This document shows, one piece after another, positions 11,121-22,723 of a stretch of DNA of 64,000 nucleotides. How positions within the stretch are numbered: position 1 is the first letter of the stretch; the number at the start of each line of letters is the position of its first letter. Source of the stretch: Toensbergia leucococca. Its lineage: Eukaryota. Position numbers and translations under genes: made by a program. The notes beneath the pieces were generated by a model. The model was not told the DNA's origin. It did no database searches and saw only the letters and a list, made by a program, of their open reading frames with translations. The stretch spans positions 1 through 64,000 of the forward strand of contig JALDZS010000109.1 of NCBI GenBank assembly GCA_022813965.1, written 5' to 3'.

Positions 11121-12940
11121 CTAGTCACCATAGTCATCGTAATCATGTCCTGCGTACCAGTGGCTACTGTCGATCAAGCCCACTGGGCCCTTGTGCCGGA
11201 ACGTGCTGATCCAATATCCGCGCGGTGGAGTTGCCTTTTCCGCTGCTGCCTGTGCGGCCTTTTCTTCTTCCTTCTCTTGCGCAGCAGTAAGTCTAGCATG
11301 GGCGCCCGGCATGGCGTTCTCGTAGGCTCTAAGATAAATAGCTTGGATATTCATCGCGGTGCATTCTAGCTTTGCTCGAGCCTTTGCCAATCTCTTTTGC
11401 TGTAAACGCCGATTCGTTAGTAGAGCCATTGAAAGTATAAAGAAGAGAGATTGGGTGGCAGAGTACATACAACATCGGCTGATAGGTCACTCCATGGAAA
11501 AGGTTGCTTCTCGGGCCAAGTGGATTGGAGGAACCACCGCAAAGAGTTCGGCTGCAGACTTTCGTATCTCATCGGCTCACGTTCACTTTCGCTTTCGGGG
11601 TGCTTCTCCTCGTTGTCGTCGATCTCCTCTTGAAGCGGGTCTATCTCATCAAGCTTCCTCTTGCCCTTACCCTTGGGAGTTCGAGGAACAGGTTTGAGAG
11701 CCTCGGGCACTAGAAAAGCCACAAAGGTGAACGGCTTTTGATTGAGGAGCCGTAATAATTGCGGCATCTGAGTTCCCTTTTTTGATGCATATTCGCGATC
11801 ATCAAGGAGTGGCTCGTCCCAGGATATCACCTTTACACCCATAAACGACGGCAAATCTATAGATCCACTCCGACCTCCAACCAGCCCAACAACGCATCTT
11901 TGAGCAGATTTAGCAGCTACGCTTGCTGCCACGATTTGGGAACCGATCTGTAGTTGTTCTGCAACGAGAGACCAGAAGCACGCGGCGATACGCTTGTCTG
12001 GAAAGTAGTTGGTGCCATGAATCTGGACATCATAGATGTCAAAGTAGATATCGTCGTCTTGGAAAACATCCTTGAACTTTTGCTTTCCTAAACCTGTGGC
12101 AATAATCACAACTGCTGTTTTATTCTCCTTGGCCCAATCCTTTACTTGGTCAAGAAGTTTTCTGTTGCTGTCATAGGTCTTGTTCTTGTCGCTAAGACGA
12201 TAGTTGAAAAGCACAACCTGATCTACGCTGCCGCTTTGCTTGGCCTTGGTGATGAGTCCTTTTAGGGTCTCGACTTTCTGCATCGCGAGTGTTTTGATCT
12301 GTTGAGAGTCTGTCGCAGATCCGTTGTCCCACAAGCGACGTGCTAGGATTTGTTGACTTTGAGCAAGTCCAAGATATTGCACAAGTTGCATGAGAATAGT
12401 AGTTGATACATCGTATGGCAAAAGCTTGTTATCAACACGGTATTGGTGCCGGTCCTCCAGTGATATTGCTGAACGGGCATATGTAGTACGTAGGGTGTCA
12501 TAGTCGTCGGTCTTAGCCTGTTGCTCGGTGTACAAAGCGTCGATTTTTTCATAGGTTAGAGCGTTATATGCCTCATAGACATTCCGCTTGGGTACCTCTG
12601 TTTCCACAAGTACCCTTGGGACGCCAATGCTTCGAAGGTAATTGAAACAAGGTCTGCCGAGTTCCATGCAAGGCGAATCTGCAGCCGAGCTTGCAGCTGA
12701 TGAAGACCGCTGCCCGTAGGAGATTGATGCTGTCACTGGCTGGAAGTCGAATGGATATTGGTTGTCGGTACTAGGATTTTCATGCCGATACTCCGAAAGG
12801 ATTTGAGCGGCAGCACAATGCCAAATATCGCCTGTATAAGTACCTTGCACTATGAAGTAAGCTCTCGGAAGAGGTGATGACGGGTTGAATAGTGAGTATC
12901 CCGGAGGAACGTAACGACTATTTGATGACTCAGAAGCCAT
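11121..12940 (-). CDS. Hypothetical protein (~582 aa) with GT-B/GT9-like glycosyltransferase motifs; intron 11400..11470
   Basis: A 490-codon exon 1 joins in phase 0, via GTATGT..CTAAC..TACAG, to the QKRLAKARAK...DYDDYGD* frame. Motifs YTGDIWHCAAA and VGLVGGRSGSIDLPSFMGVKVISW. The gene model is well supported; the function is tentative. Confidence 0.7.
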
Positions 12941-13723
12941 CTCTTATGACTCTCTTCGAGGAACGATCGATACAAATATGCTTTGACAGAGACACGAAGG
13001 GAAAGAATGCGTAATTTGAGAGGTGTTTTTCAAGCAATATATAGATGGACAATGCTTCGTTCTTCGTAGTACTCCTCGTATTATCCTCGTAATCAGCGGA
13101 CAATTAGTTGCATGAATACTTGAATCATTTCGCAGATATAAATGCTTATTTCAGCTTCCAAAGCATTTGAGCGCCACCAATGCTTTTGTTGGCGTAGGTT
13201 AGTAATGGATCTGATAGCTGATGGCGCCGAGCTGAATTATGTGGCTTGCGCGGGGTTGGAGAAAACCTAGCTATTGACCTCTACTTGACGTTGATAATCG
13301 TATCCGTACCCGTATCCGGCGTGCAATCCAGCCATTGAACATATCGCTTCTTGACCGCACATTCTACTGCGAAATCCAGCCAAAAGCCTTGTCTATGGAA
13401 ATATGTATGACATGGCGGTAGTATTACTACTGTCCGCATTTGGACGTCATTCGGTTCAGGCATAGGACGCTAAGTAGGTATGATCAAGAATAATGTAATG
13501 GAAAAGGCTTTGTTGTTTTAAATTGAATTCGAATAGTAGATGTCAAGTAAAGAGGTGGGTTCTAGAATCTTGACAAAGAGGAGATGTTGCAGGGCAGGTG
13601 TGACACTCGTCGTCTTGGCTCAGCCTTACGACAATGGTACAACCACCACTCGAAGACATGAATCGTTCAACTTGATCCGTAGTACAGCAAATCATCGTAG
13701 TCTTGCACAACGACTTTCTAAAA

Positions 13724-15773
13724 ATGGCTGTAACGTCAGATGAGCTCCTCAAGAGACCTCTTTACGGTGCCCTCTCATGAATCGCCTGATATTAGCAATG
13801 CCAGCGCTGATCAGCTCATCCTAGTGTTCGACCTGCCACATGAACTACTCGTTACTCTACATCTGAAAGACTCTACTGCGTCACAGCATTCGGTTGAGCT
13901 AGAATCTAGGCACGCCTCGGATCTAGGGTCCCAAGGAGACAAATTCAAGCAAGAAAGCATCTCCAGCAAAACATCCACATCCTGTGTCCTTTGCTTAGCT
14001 TCTTTTCAAAATGTCCAAGATCAGCGCCACCATGTCAAGTCGGACTGGCACGGTTATAATCTCAAACAGAAAATCAAGGGGCTCGCACTCGTGACGGAGA
14101 ATGAATTTGAAAACCTTGTTGAGAATCTGGACGAGAGTATATCCGGGTCTGAGTCATCGGAATCCGAGAATGATGATGAAGCCAAGGAGAGCACCTTGTC
14201 TGCGTTGTTGAAGAAGCAAGCCAAGCTTATCCATGGCGGCCCTGATCTGGACCTTGCTCCAAAGAAGCGAAAACGAGGATCTGGCAAACCTCCGCTGCTA
14301 TGGTTTTCAACGTCATTACTTGCTCCTAATACTTCGTTGGGTTTTTATAGAGCAATCTTCACAGACGCGGAATTAGAGGAAGAGTCTCAAATATTAAGTA
14401 CCATTCGCAAAAGGCAGCTTCCTCCTGTACCCTCCAAACCACGCGTTGAATCTTCAAATAATGGAGTCCCCCTACCTTCGACGATGACAAGTCCTCATAT
14501 CTTCCTATGCATGATTGGTGGTGGGCACTTCGCTGCTATGATCGTATCTCTTGCTCCCAAGATGGGCAAGAAATCCACCGGCGTGGAGGAGCGTCAAGCT
14601 ATTGTAATTGCGCACAAGACCTTCCACCGCTACACTACGAGACGTAAACAAGGTGGATCGCAATCGTCAAACGATTCTGCAAAAGGTGCTGCACACTCAG
14701 CAGGTGCCTCAATACGTAGGTACAATGAGGTGGCATTAGAGACTGACATCCGCGCTCTGCTGGCTGAATGGAAAGATATGATTAACAATTCCCAACTAAT
14801 TTTCGTTAGAGCCACTGGTAGTTCGAATAGAAGAATGTTATATGGACCTTATGACGGTCAAGTACTACGGCATAATGATTCCAGAAATCGCACCTTTCCA
14901 TTCAGCACTCGTCGCGCCACACAAGCTGAGCTCATGCGAGCTTTTGTTGAAATCACTCGAGTTAAGGTCAGTCATATTGATGAAGCTGCACTAGCAGCAG
15001 CCGAAACGGTAGAGGCAGAGCGTATAGAGAAGCTTGCGAAACCCATCGCGGTCCCAAGTAAGCCTGCTGCACAGAAGCCATCGAAAGAGGAAGAAGCTGC
15101 GGCGCTACATACGTCCCAGCTCCAAGCCCTGATACGACGATCGAAAGCTCCCGCAGTGCTCTCATATCTCTCAAGCAATTCCCTGTCGCCAGATTTCATA
15201 TTCCATCCTCCAAATGCACAATCAAACCATCACGCACCCACGTCACTCCATCTAGCCTCAAGCATCAATTCATCAATAGTGGTTCTCGCACTGCTTTCCA
15301 AAGCCGGCGCCAACCCATCGACTTTAAACAGCGAAGGCAAGGCACCCTTTGACCTTACTGGCGAACGAGCAACCCGTGACGCATTCCGAGTCGCACGGTC
15401 CGAGCTAGGCGAAGATCGCTGGGATTGGTCTTCTGCTCACTGTCCACCGCCACTCACCAAAGCCGAAGCCGACAAGCGAGAAGAGAGGGAACGATTGGAG
15501 GTCGAGAAAGCCGAGGCGGAGCGGCGAAAAGTTGAAATCGAGAGATTGAAGAAAGAGTCTCTGCAGAACGGCGATGCTTGGCAGGGTAAGAAGGTTACGG
15601 GGAAGCCTTTAGGTGTAGCTGAGAAGACCGGGGAAGAGCGAAGAGAGGAAGAAGCGAGAGGGCTGACGCCGGAGATGAGGACGCGATTGGAGAGAGAGAG
15701 GCGGGCGCGAGCGGCAGAGGAGCGGATTCGGAGGATGACTGGTGGAGTTGGCGGAGGAGGTGCTGGCAGGTGA
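13724..15773 (+). CDS. VMS1: Vms1/ANKZF1 peptidyl-tRNA cleavage factor; intron 13767..13824
   Basis: Spliced start MAVTSDELLKRPLYVFDLP; C2H2-like CVLC..HVKSDWHGYN; VLRF1 domain HKTFHRYTTRRKQGGSQ; ankyrin repeat; C-terminal VIM-like RARAAEERIRR. Confidence 0.95.
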
Positions 15774-15868
15774 TCTCTGTCCACTGCCGGAATGACGCCT
15801 CCTCGACTCTACTAAATCGCATCTCCTTTGATGATGATGAATCGTCTATGAGATATTCTCCCTCTTTC

Positions 15869-17470
15869 TTACCCTACCCTGACGTTCTTCCAAACCCGCG
15901 TGCACTCCTGCATATCCAACGCTACCGAGCTCTCCTCCTTCGCACACGCATTTGCCAGCAGCCCCATGACACAAGCTGCATAGCAAAACGCCCTCTTTTC
16001 CTTCTTCAACGCCCCCAAATCCTCCTTATTCAACCCTCCCCGCTCACTCCAAACCCTCCATCTCTCCAAAATCTCACACCCTGCCACCGCTTGTGCCTCC
16101 TCCCTCACCATCCCCAACAACCACTCTTCCACAATCTCCGCAAGCCCGGCTCCCGCCTCCATCCCTCCCTCGGCAACAAACCACCTCACCGCCCTCTCCG
16201 CCACAATCTCTCCCTTCACAGCCCCAGACCCCAACGCTTCCCTCTCCCTCAAATTCTCCCTCTCCTTATCCCTCCTCAACCTCTTCATGAAATCCTCATG
16301 AAACCCCCAAGACTCATCCGCCCTCCTCTTCTCCTGCGCCGCTCTCAGCATCTCCCCGGATAGCGCTCGCTCTGCCGTCATTGCTCTCGACAGCGCCATC
16401 GACTTGGCTTGCTGCTTGTGCACGTCTTCGAGCGGGTCGTAGGTTGTTTCCCATTCGGGGGCTTCGGAGCTGGGGATTAGGCCGAGGAGAACGAGAACGC
16501 CGCAGGGGATTGAGGCGTGGGTTGCGAGGGGGCGGAGGGAGGGTGGGATTGTGGAGGTCCAGAGGGGGAGGTTTTTGGTGCGGGTTAGGGCTATTGCTGT
16601 GGAGGTGAACCAAAGGGAGGGGATGGGAGCTGTGAGGTGAGGAGCTGGGGCGGAGAAGGCTAGGGGGGTGTGGTCTAGAGATTCCCAGCTCAGGGATGTG
16701 ATTGTGTAGGTGTTGTTTCGATGGCCGAGGTGGAAGCGGAGGGATGTGAAAGGGTGGACGGAGGCTTTTTCTTCGTAGACGGGAAGGTTCTCGTTCGAGG
16801 TGAGATCTGGGACTTCGGTTGTGCGCGGTATCGGGACGGGATCAGAGAGACGGATCCAGGAGGGAGGGAGAGAGTTCGGGTCGCGGTGGTCGAAGCTCTT
16901 TCTCCAGTGGATGGCTAGGGAGAGGATCCCGTCCGAGTCATCAGGCATTGAGACCCGGAGCACGCTCTCCGTCGTGTCTGGGGAAAGCAGCAGGCTCGTC
17001 CCCGTCGGTGTCCACAACCCGGACACCCGAAGCATATGCAGCCCCTTCACATCCGGCACCGCGCCCCGATCCAGCAAGAACGCAAGCAACTCCTCAAAAT
17101 CAATCTCGGCCTGCGGTTCCTGCAGCTCGTCGCTATACTGCACCCGATACAGCCGCTGGCCCGTGACCATGCGATTCCACTTAAAAATGGTCCAGGTGCC
17201 GCCCCTAAGCGTCGAGGGTCGTGGGTTCAGCTGCCAGAAGTCGGCGCAGGTGCGGTCCAGGGGCGTCAGGGTGCAGCGCGGGAGTGCAACTTCGACGATG
17301 CCGGAGATTAGGCTGGAGCGCGTTGTGGGGGGAAGGGAGTTGCGGGTTAGGGTTTTGCGGATGTGGTAGGTTGTTAGGAGGGAGGAGAGGAAGGTGTAGA
17401 GGATTGGAAGGACGCCGAGGACGGCGAGGGGGATGCCGATGTAGGTTATTATGTCTGTTGCGGAAGTCAT
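15869..17470 (-). CDS. Conserved-looking fungal hypothetical protein with N-terminal transmembrane helix
   Basis: 533-aa uninterrupted ORF; N-terminal ADIITYIGIPLAVLGVLPILY; no recognised catalytic motif. Confidence 0.85.
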   Translation of the reverse strand: MTSATDIITYIGIPLAVLGVLPILYTFLSSLLTTYHIRKTLTRNSLPPTTRSSLISGIVEVALPRCTLTPLDRTCADFWQLNPRPSTLRGGTWTIFKWNRMVTGQRLYRVQYSDELQEPQAEIDFEELLAFLLDRGAVPDVKGLHMLRVSGLWTPTGTSLLLSPDTTESVLRVSMPDDSDGILSLAIHWRKSFDHRDPNSLPPSWIRLSDPVPIPRTTEVPDLTSNENLPVYEEKASVHPFTSLRFHLGHRNNTYTITSLSWESLDHTPLAFSAPAPHLTAPIPSLWFTSTAIALTRTKNLPLWTSTIPPSLRPLATHASIPCGVLVLLGLIPSSEAPEWETTYDPLEDVHKQQAKSMALSRAMTAERALSGEMLRAAQEKRRADESWGFHEDFMKRLRRDKERENLREREALGSGAVKGEIVAERAVRWFVAEGGMEAGAGLAEIVEEWLLGMVREEAQAVAGCEILERWRVWSERGGLNKEDLGALKKEKRAFCYAACVMGLLANACAKEESSVALDMQECTRVWKNVRVG

Positions 17471-18005
17471 GTTGGGGAGATCCTCTTGGGGGTTGTGGGG
17501 CGTGGGGTGTGCTGGCAGGTCGGAGGAATGGTTGTTGAGTGGGTTGAGCTTTAAGTTTATGATTCCAATGTGTGGACTTGATTCAGGGGTAATTCGTAGT
17601 GTATTTTACTCCGTACCCCGGTTTCTAATCGGTAATTTCAAACCACTAGAATAGCGCTGGTTGCCTCTGGCTGTTGCCGACCCGCAAGTGGGCTGATGCG
17701 GATAGATAAGCTGGCCACGCAGCCATTCAACCAAGTCCATGTTAACTCGGGACCTTGGGTTGATATGACTCACGAAAGTGACGACGTCTTGAAAAACTGT
17801 GAGGCAGGCTTTGAGCCATTGAATGGAAATGTGTCTGAATGTCTCCTTCAAAGGATCATTCTGCAGAAAGCATAAAGCATACCTTACGCACTCCCTGACG
17901 ATATGTACACGTTGATCTTAAAGCAAGCACACAAAGGCCCTTCTTCATGCTCTTTTCCCCAACCAGTACTCCGATATTCTACCCCCACGATTGATTCCAA
18001 TCATA

Positions 18006-18880
18006 ATGCATCTACGTCCATATCAGCCTCAAGATATCTCTGCCCTAGCAGACATTATGTGTCTCTGCAATCTCACTGACCCAATGGCACGCTATCAGAA
18101 CAAAAACATGACCAAATATTGGACTTCCTACCGCAAGGGAAGTATAGGCGCTCTCCAATGGATGCCTCTAAACCCGGGGACAATATGTTGGGTCGTTGAG
18201 ACGGACGAGGGTGACGATGTACCGTTTGATTTGAAGAAGAAGGGGGAGAACGGCGTGAGCCGCGGCGGAGACGTTATTGGCTGGGCAATCTGGTCCAGGG
18301 ACGGAAAGAGCAAGGTCGCGAGGAACTGGCAGAGACCCGGGGAGGCGTGGGCGACGAGTAAGCCCAAAAAAAGATCTATGTAGATAGATTTCCCTCAGAA
18401 GTTCTCCTGACTCCTTGAGTCCCAGAAATCGAAGCAACACTTCTGTACCTCAGCCACCGCTACTTCGCCAAGATAAACCCCACCATCGGTCGTGCCCACA
18501 GAGCGGCTTTTCAAGAAGCCAAGCCTCCGCCCCCTGACCCGGAGATCTTCGCCGAATGCTGGGAACTGGATGGTCTCTACGTATCACCAAGCTATCAACG
18601 TCGTGGCGCGGGCACTTTGCTGTTGCAATGGGGTGTGGCTCAAGCTGGGGCCGAGGGTGTGCCTATTGTCGTCAAGGCAAGCCCCTTGGGTGTTGAGCTG
18701 TACGAAAAGTGGGGATTCCGGTCGTATGAAAGACAGGACTTTGATCAGTTGTTTGAGACTGGTGGGCGGGGCTTTCATACTCTTGTGTGGGAGCCTCCTG
18801 GGAGGGAGGGGAGATGGTATGAGAGAGCTAAGAAGAAGGTGGAGGAGGAGGCGGCGAAAAAGGCGGCGGGGAAGGGGTAA
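18006..18880 (+). CDS. GNAT-family N-acetyltransferase; intron ~18358..18425
   Basis: MHLRPYQPQDI start, VIGWAIW, exon 2 LYVSPSYQRRGAGTLLLQWG (acetyl-CoA motif A) and LYEKWGF. Confidence 0.9.
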
Positions 18881-19274
18881 GTTTGTAGCAAAATGGATGG
18901 TCTATTATCATTCCTAGGATATTAGTGCTTAGATCTGATATGATATTGAAGCCCTCCTAAGATTCTTCGTTACCGTATAATACCGCACCTGCCTCCCCCG
19001 AGAGATTTATCGACTGTGTTCCGACCAAGGACCGCACATCGCGTTCAGTGCTCTGTGAAATGATTCTTTCATAGTTCGGACAGTGGTGTTGGCAACTATA
19101 ATCAACGCACTGTACGTACACTCACTTGAACACCACCTATGCACGCCGAATATAGGCATCAAAGATACTTACAAACTATTGAAACATTTATCCATGGCCG
19201 GTTAGGCTCATACAAAATCCCAGGGTATCAAAGTTTACAAATTCGTTATCTTCGTCCGGCATGATACCGTTACT

Positions 19275-20538
19275 TCATTTTCTCTCATCTGCCTTAGCCG
19301 CTGGCATAGGCTCTAGATCCAACCCGCAAACGTTCATTCGCAACTCTCTATATTTTTCATATACGCTCTCCCACGCCTTCCGGGCTGGTAGGTTGCTGGG
19401 CTTGACTCGGATTGAGTTATCTCGCGGAGCATCGAATTCGGGACCCGGCATATTTCGATCAGAAATGTGGATATATGAAGTAGATTCCAGGAAATTGGTC
19501 GCGTTGAAGTCGTCGCTCGGGGTAAAAAGCGTGGATGTCGTTGCTACAAGCTGACCCGAGGCTTGGTTTGGTCCTGTAATGAGTTGGAGATCTTGCAAAA
19601 AGGTGGACTCTGAGAAGTCTTTCTTGGAAATGAATGCAATGGACTCGAAATAGGCCTCCATCGATGGCTTGATGAGGACTACAGATGGACCTGCGAGATC
19701 ATCCAATACCGCCGCGGATATGCCTAACATTGACTTCTCCATATGACAAGTGAACAACGTGTTGAAGGCTGCAGAATCTAGAAGAAGACCTGAAGGTTGC
19801 AGGTAGATCAGGCGATTGAAGTTGGTGAGTGAAAGAAGACCTGCAAGAGGGTATGCTGCTTCTTCTGCTACAGTAGCTTCCTCTGCTACAATTAAGACAG
19901 TCAGCTGCGACTCAACCATGTCTGTGGGTGATAGCTAACCTTCATTTACTTGCAGTACTGGTTCAACGGGAAGTAGTACAACCTTGTAACGCTTCGCTGC
20001 CATCTGGAGAAGCCTAATGCTCGTTCCTCGAGACCGATCGAAGACCGTCTGCCCTTCAACTCGTCGGTTCCACTTTTTAGGATAGATTATCACTCTCGAA
20101 GCCAAGCTCCCTTGACGTTCCAATTCTGCGAACATCATGACAGCATTACAAACGTGAACATGCCTTCTTAGTAGTTGCACGTATGCCACACTAGCCCATC
20201 CCCCATCCGGTGTTCTGCTATTGAGGTTTTCATCATATGATGCATGACCATTCGAGCCGGGTGGGCTGCCAAATAATCTAGCGACCGTCGTAGGTAATGG
20301 GGCGAAGTTAGATGGTAATGTTGGGGTTGGTCGGGGGGGTGGTTTAATTGCATGCTGTAGACTTCGGACTGTCTGTTGCTGGAGGACATAGCCTGAGAGG
20401 AAGAGGAGAGAGGTGAAAATGAAAACTTTGTTGGATCTGTAAGCTGGAATGTAGTCTTAGACGCTTTGGGGACTGGAGCTTGGACTTGCCTACGCTTGAA
20501 GATATGGTCATTGAAATTTGACCACTCGTGAGGAGCAT
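19275..20538 (-). CDS. Type II membrane GT8/Gnt1-like glycosyltransferase-family protein, 2 introns (first has a GC donor)
   Basis: MLLTSGQISMTISSSV|..FIFTSLLFLSGYVLQQQTVR signal anchor, then AYVQ..VCNAVMMFAEL..ASRVIIYP and C-terminal WESVYEKYRELRMNVCGLDL. The usual DxD position reads YLQPSG, so it may be divergent or inactive. Confidence 0.75.
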
Positions 20539-20654
20539 ATTCAATTGTCAAATATTCATAAGCCAAATAATCGAGGGAGGAAGATGGTGAGATCCTAAGC
20601 ATTTAGCTGCCTCACTGTAAGACACGGGTTTTTTACATTGGTGTCAGCTACAAG

Positions 20655-20734
20655 TATTCTAGAATAAACAACCCGGTGACCAGGCAACGGAAGTTTCGGC
20701 TACGGATATTCTATGTTCCGCATATTCTAGAATA
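20655..20734. promoter_or_regulatory. Two identical palindromes TATTCTAGAATA (heat-shock-element-like) in a divergent promoter
   Basis: Exact copies at 20655-20666 and 20723-20734 containing the nTTCnnGAAn HSE core, between the GT8-like gene and PRP38. Confidence 0.4.
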
Positions 20735-20993
20735 ACCACAGGCCTTCAAGATCCCGAAAACTCATCTCAAATGGTCACTCTATCACTCTTCATCTCTACA
20801 TTAAGAAGAGAGGGTATGCGAGGGCGCCGAGGCATCGAACGGAGTTCTGTTTCAGCTATGTTCGCCTTCAGCGTTGTTTGATAAACCTCTTTAAGACCAA
20901 CGAGGTTAGACCATCCTTCCATGACCTGGCCCTGTTCCTCGACAACTCTCAGAACTACCTGATCTCGGAGATTCAAGCAATAAATTTGGAAAT

Positions 20994-21692
20994 ATGGCAC
21001 ACCAGGCCGACGCAAAGCGCATGTTGGACGAGCGCGGATACGAGGGGCAAGCTATTCATAATCAGAATCCAGCTCATCTGTTGGAAAAGGCTCTGCGGGA
21101 TAGAGTTACAGACTCTTACTACTGGAAAGAGCAGTGTTTTGCCGTCAATGAGGCTACATTATGTGACAGGGCAGTAGGTATGACATACCTGGGCGGAACT
21201 TATGGGCAACAAAAACCAACCCCATTCGTATGCTTGACTCTCAAGCTTCTCCAGTTGATGCCAGAACGCGCCATCGTACTGGAGTATCTACGACAGACTG
21301 AATTTAAATATCTTTCAGCCTTGGCAGCATTTTACGTTCGCTTGACTTTTGATGCCACCGATATTTACACCACCCTAGAACCTTTGTTGGCGGACTATAG
21401 GAAGCTTCGAAGGCGGACCAAGGATGGGGGATACATTCTTACGTACATGGATCAGTTTATCGATGATCTGTTGACAAAGGACAGAGTCTGTGGAACCAGT
21501 CTCCGCAAATTGCCCCAACGACAGCTTTTGGAAGATCTTGGTCAATTAGAACTTAGAGAAAGCCCGCTAGGAGAGGAGATTGACAAGATTGACGATGATC
21601 CACAAGAGGCGAACGGCAATGTACAAGATAGTGATGAAGACGTGGTCAGCATAACCAACGGAAATGGAGCATATCACACGGAGAGCGATTGA
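20994..21692 (+). CDS. PRP38: Pre-mRNA splicing factor Prp38
   Basis: NPAHLLEKALRDRVTDSYYWKEQCF, KPTPFVCLTLKLLQL, FKYLSALAAFYVRL, LEPLLADYRKLR. Confidence 0.96.
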   Translation: MAHQADAKRMLDERGYEGQAIHNQNPAHLLEKALRDRVTDSYYWKEQCFAVNEATLCDRAVGMTYLGGTYGQQKPTPFVCLTLKLLQLMPERAIVLEYLRQTEFKYLSALAAFYVRLTFDATDIYTTLEPLLADYRKLRRRTKDGGYILTYMDQFIDDLLTKDRVCGTSLRKLPQRQLLEDLGQLELRESPLGEEIDKIDDDPQEANGNVQDSDEDVVSITNGNGAYHTESD

Positions 21693-22723
21693 CCGACTCC
21701 CTTCCCAACTTCTACTGCACTTTACTGCATCCTCTTCACTTTTTCTCAACATACCAAAGCCCAATAGGACTTGCTTGAAAGACAACATTGTCACAGCACA
21801 GGCTCGGAAACATTCGAGTTTTCCCCACGCAATTACGACAGAAGTGGAACGAACTACCGACGTCTATTTGACTCAAAACATTGAAAGCTCTTCACAGCTT
21901 AGATGAAGATGGCAATGTCGAGTAGGGGCAAACGTCTGAAGCCGAATTCGCATGAGAAATCGGCGAATCTAATCCAGAGCGGAATTGAAAAAATCACTCT
22001 ACATAGTATTTGATGCAGTAAATGTTCTCGTACCGCCGCAGCTTCGCTCTTGTTGTGTTCAATACTATGTTCATACATTCTCGATGCTCCAAGCGTGCTA
22101 GGTAGAGGGAACGGTGGTATATTACTGGTGTGCCACGAATGGTAGAGCGAAGTGAAGAGTGGATAGTCAGGGCGTGGTCACATTGGATCCGAAGGAACGA
22201 GTGTCGACCGCTATTGAAGAAATGTCAGAATTCTAGACAGAATGGATCACTTGCATTACTTATGTTAGGACAATGGCTCTGTTCTGTACGACCAGTATCT
22301 GCCCTATCGAATATGTCAATCTACAGAAATGGAGGTCGTGAGGATCAGATGGAGCATCAACTGTATCGAATCCAAGGGAGGGCATGCTAGTCTTCTAGCG
22401 GATGTAACGGGAGTGGAGCAAAGTGAAAAGTGTACGAGTAAGGGGATATGATCAGAGCATACTTCAACAATCAAAGCCTAGTATATATTCAGCAAACAAA
22501 CATACTCAGTCATGATACCAAACAAGCCCCTATGATGATTAGGGCTAATCACAGTCGCGCTTAAATTTTCAAGGCGCCACTGGCGCTAAAAAACATGAAA
22601 TGCCTCCCCTTGACTTCAAAGCAAAGTAAAATGCTTTCAACCTTCCACACCCAGTCCTACAAAGCTGTGATACCCCGTCATCAGCGCTAGTTCTCACAAT
22701 GAAATCCATCCCCCAGGTCCAAA

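Noticed and set aside
15770..17369. Several plus-strand ORFs of 65-197 aa
   Set aside because: Shadows of the 533-aa minus-strand gene caused by C/G skew.
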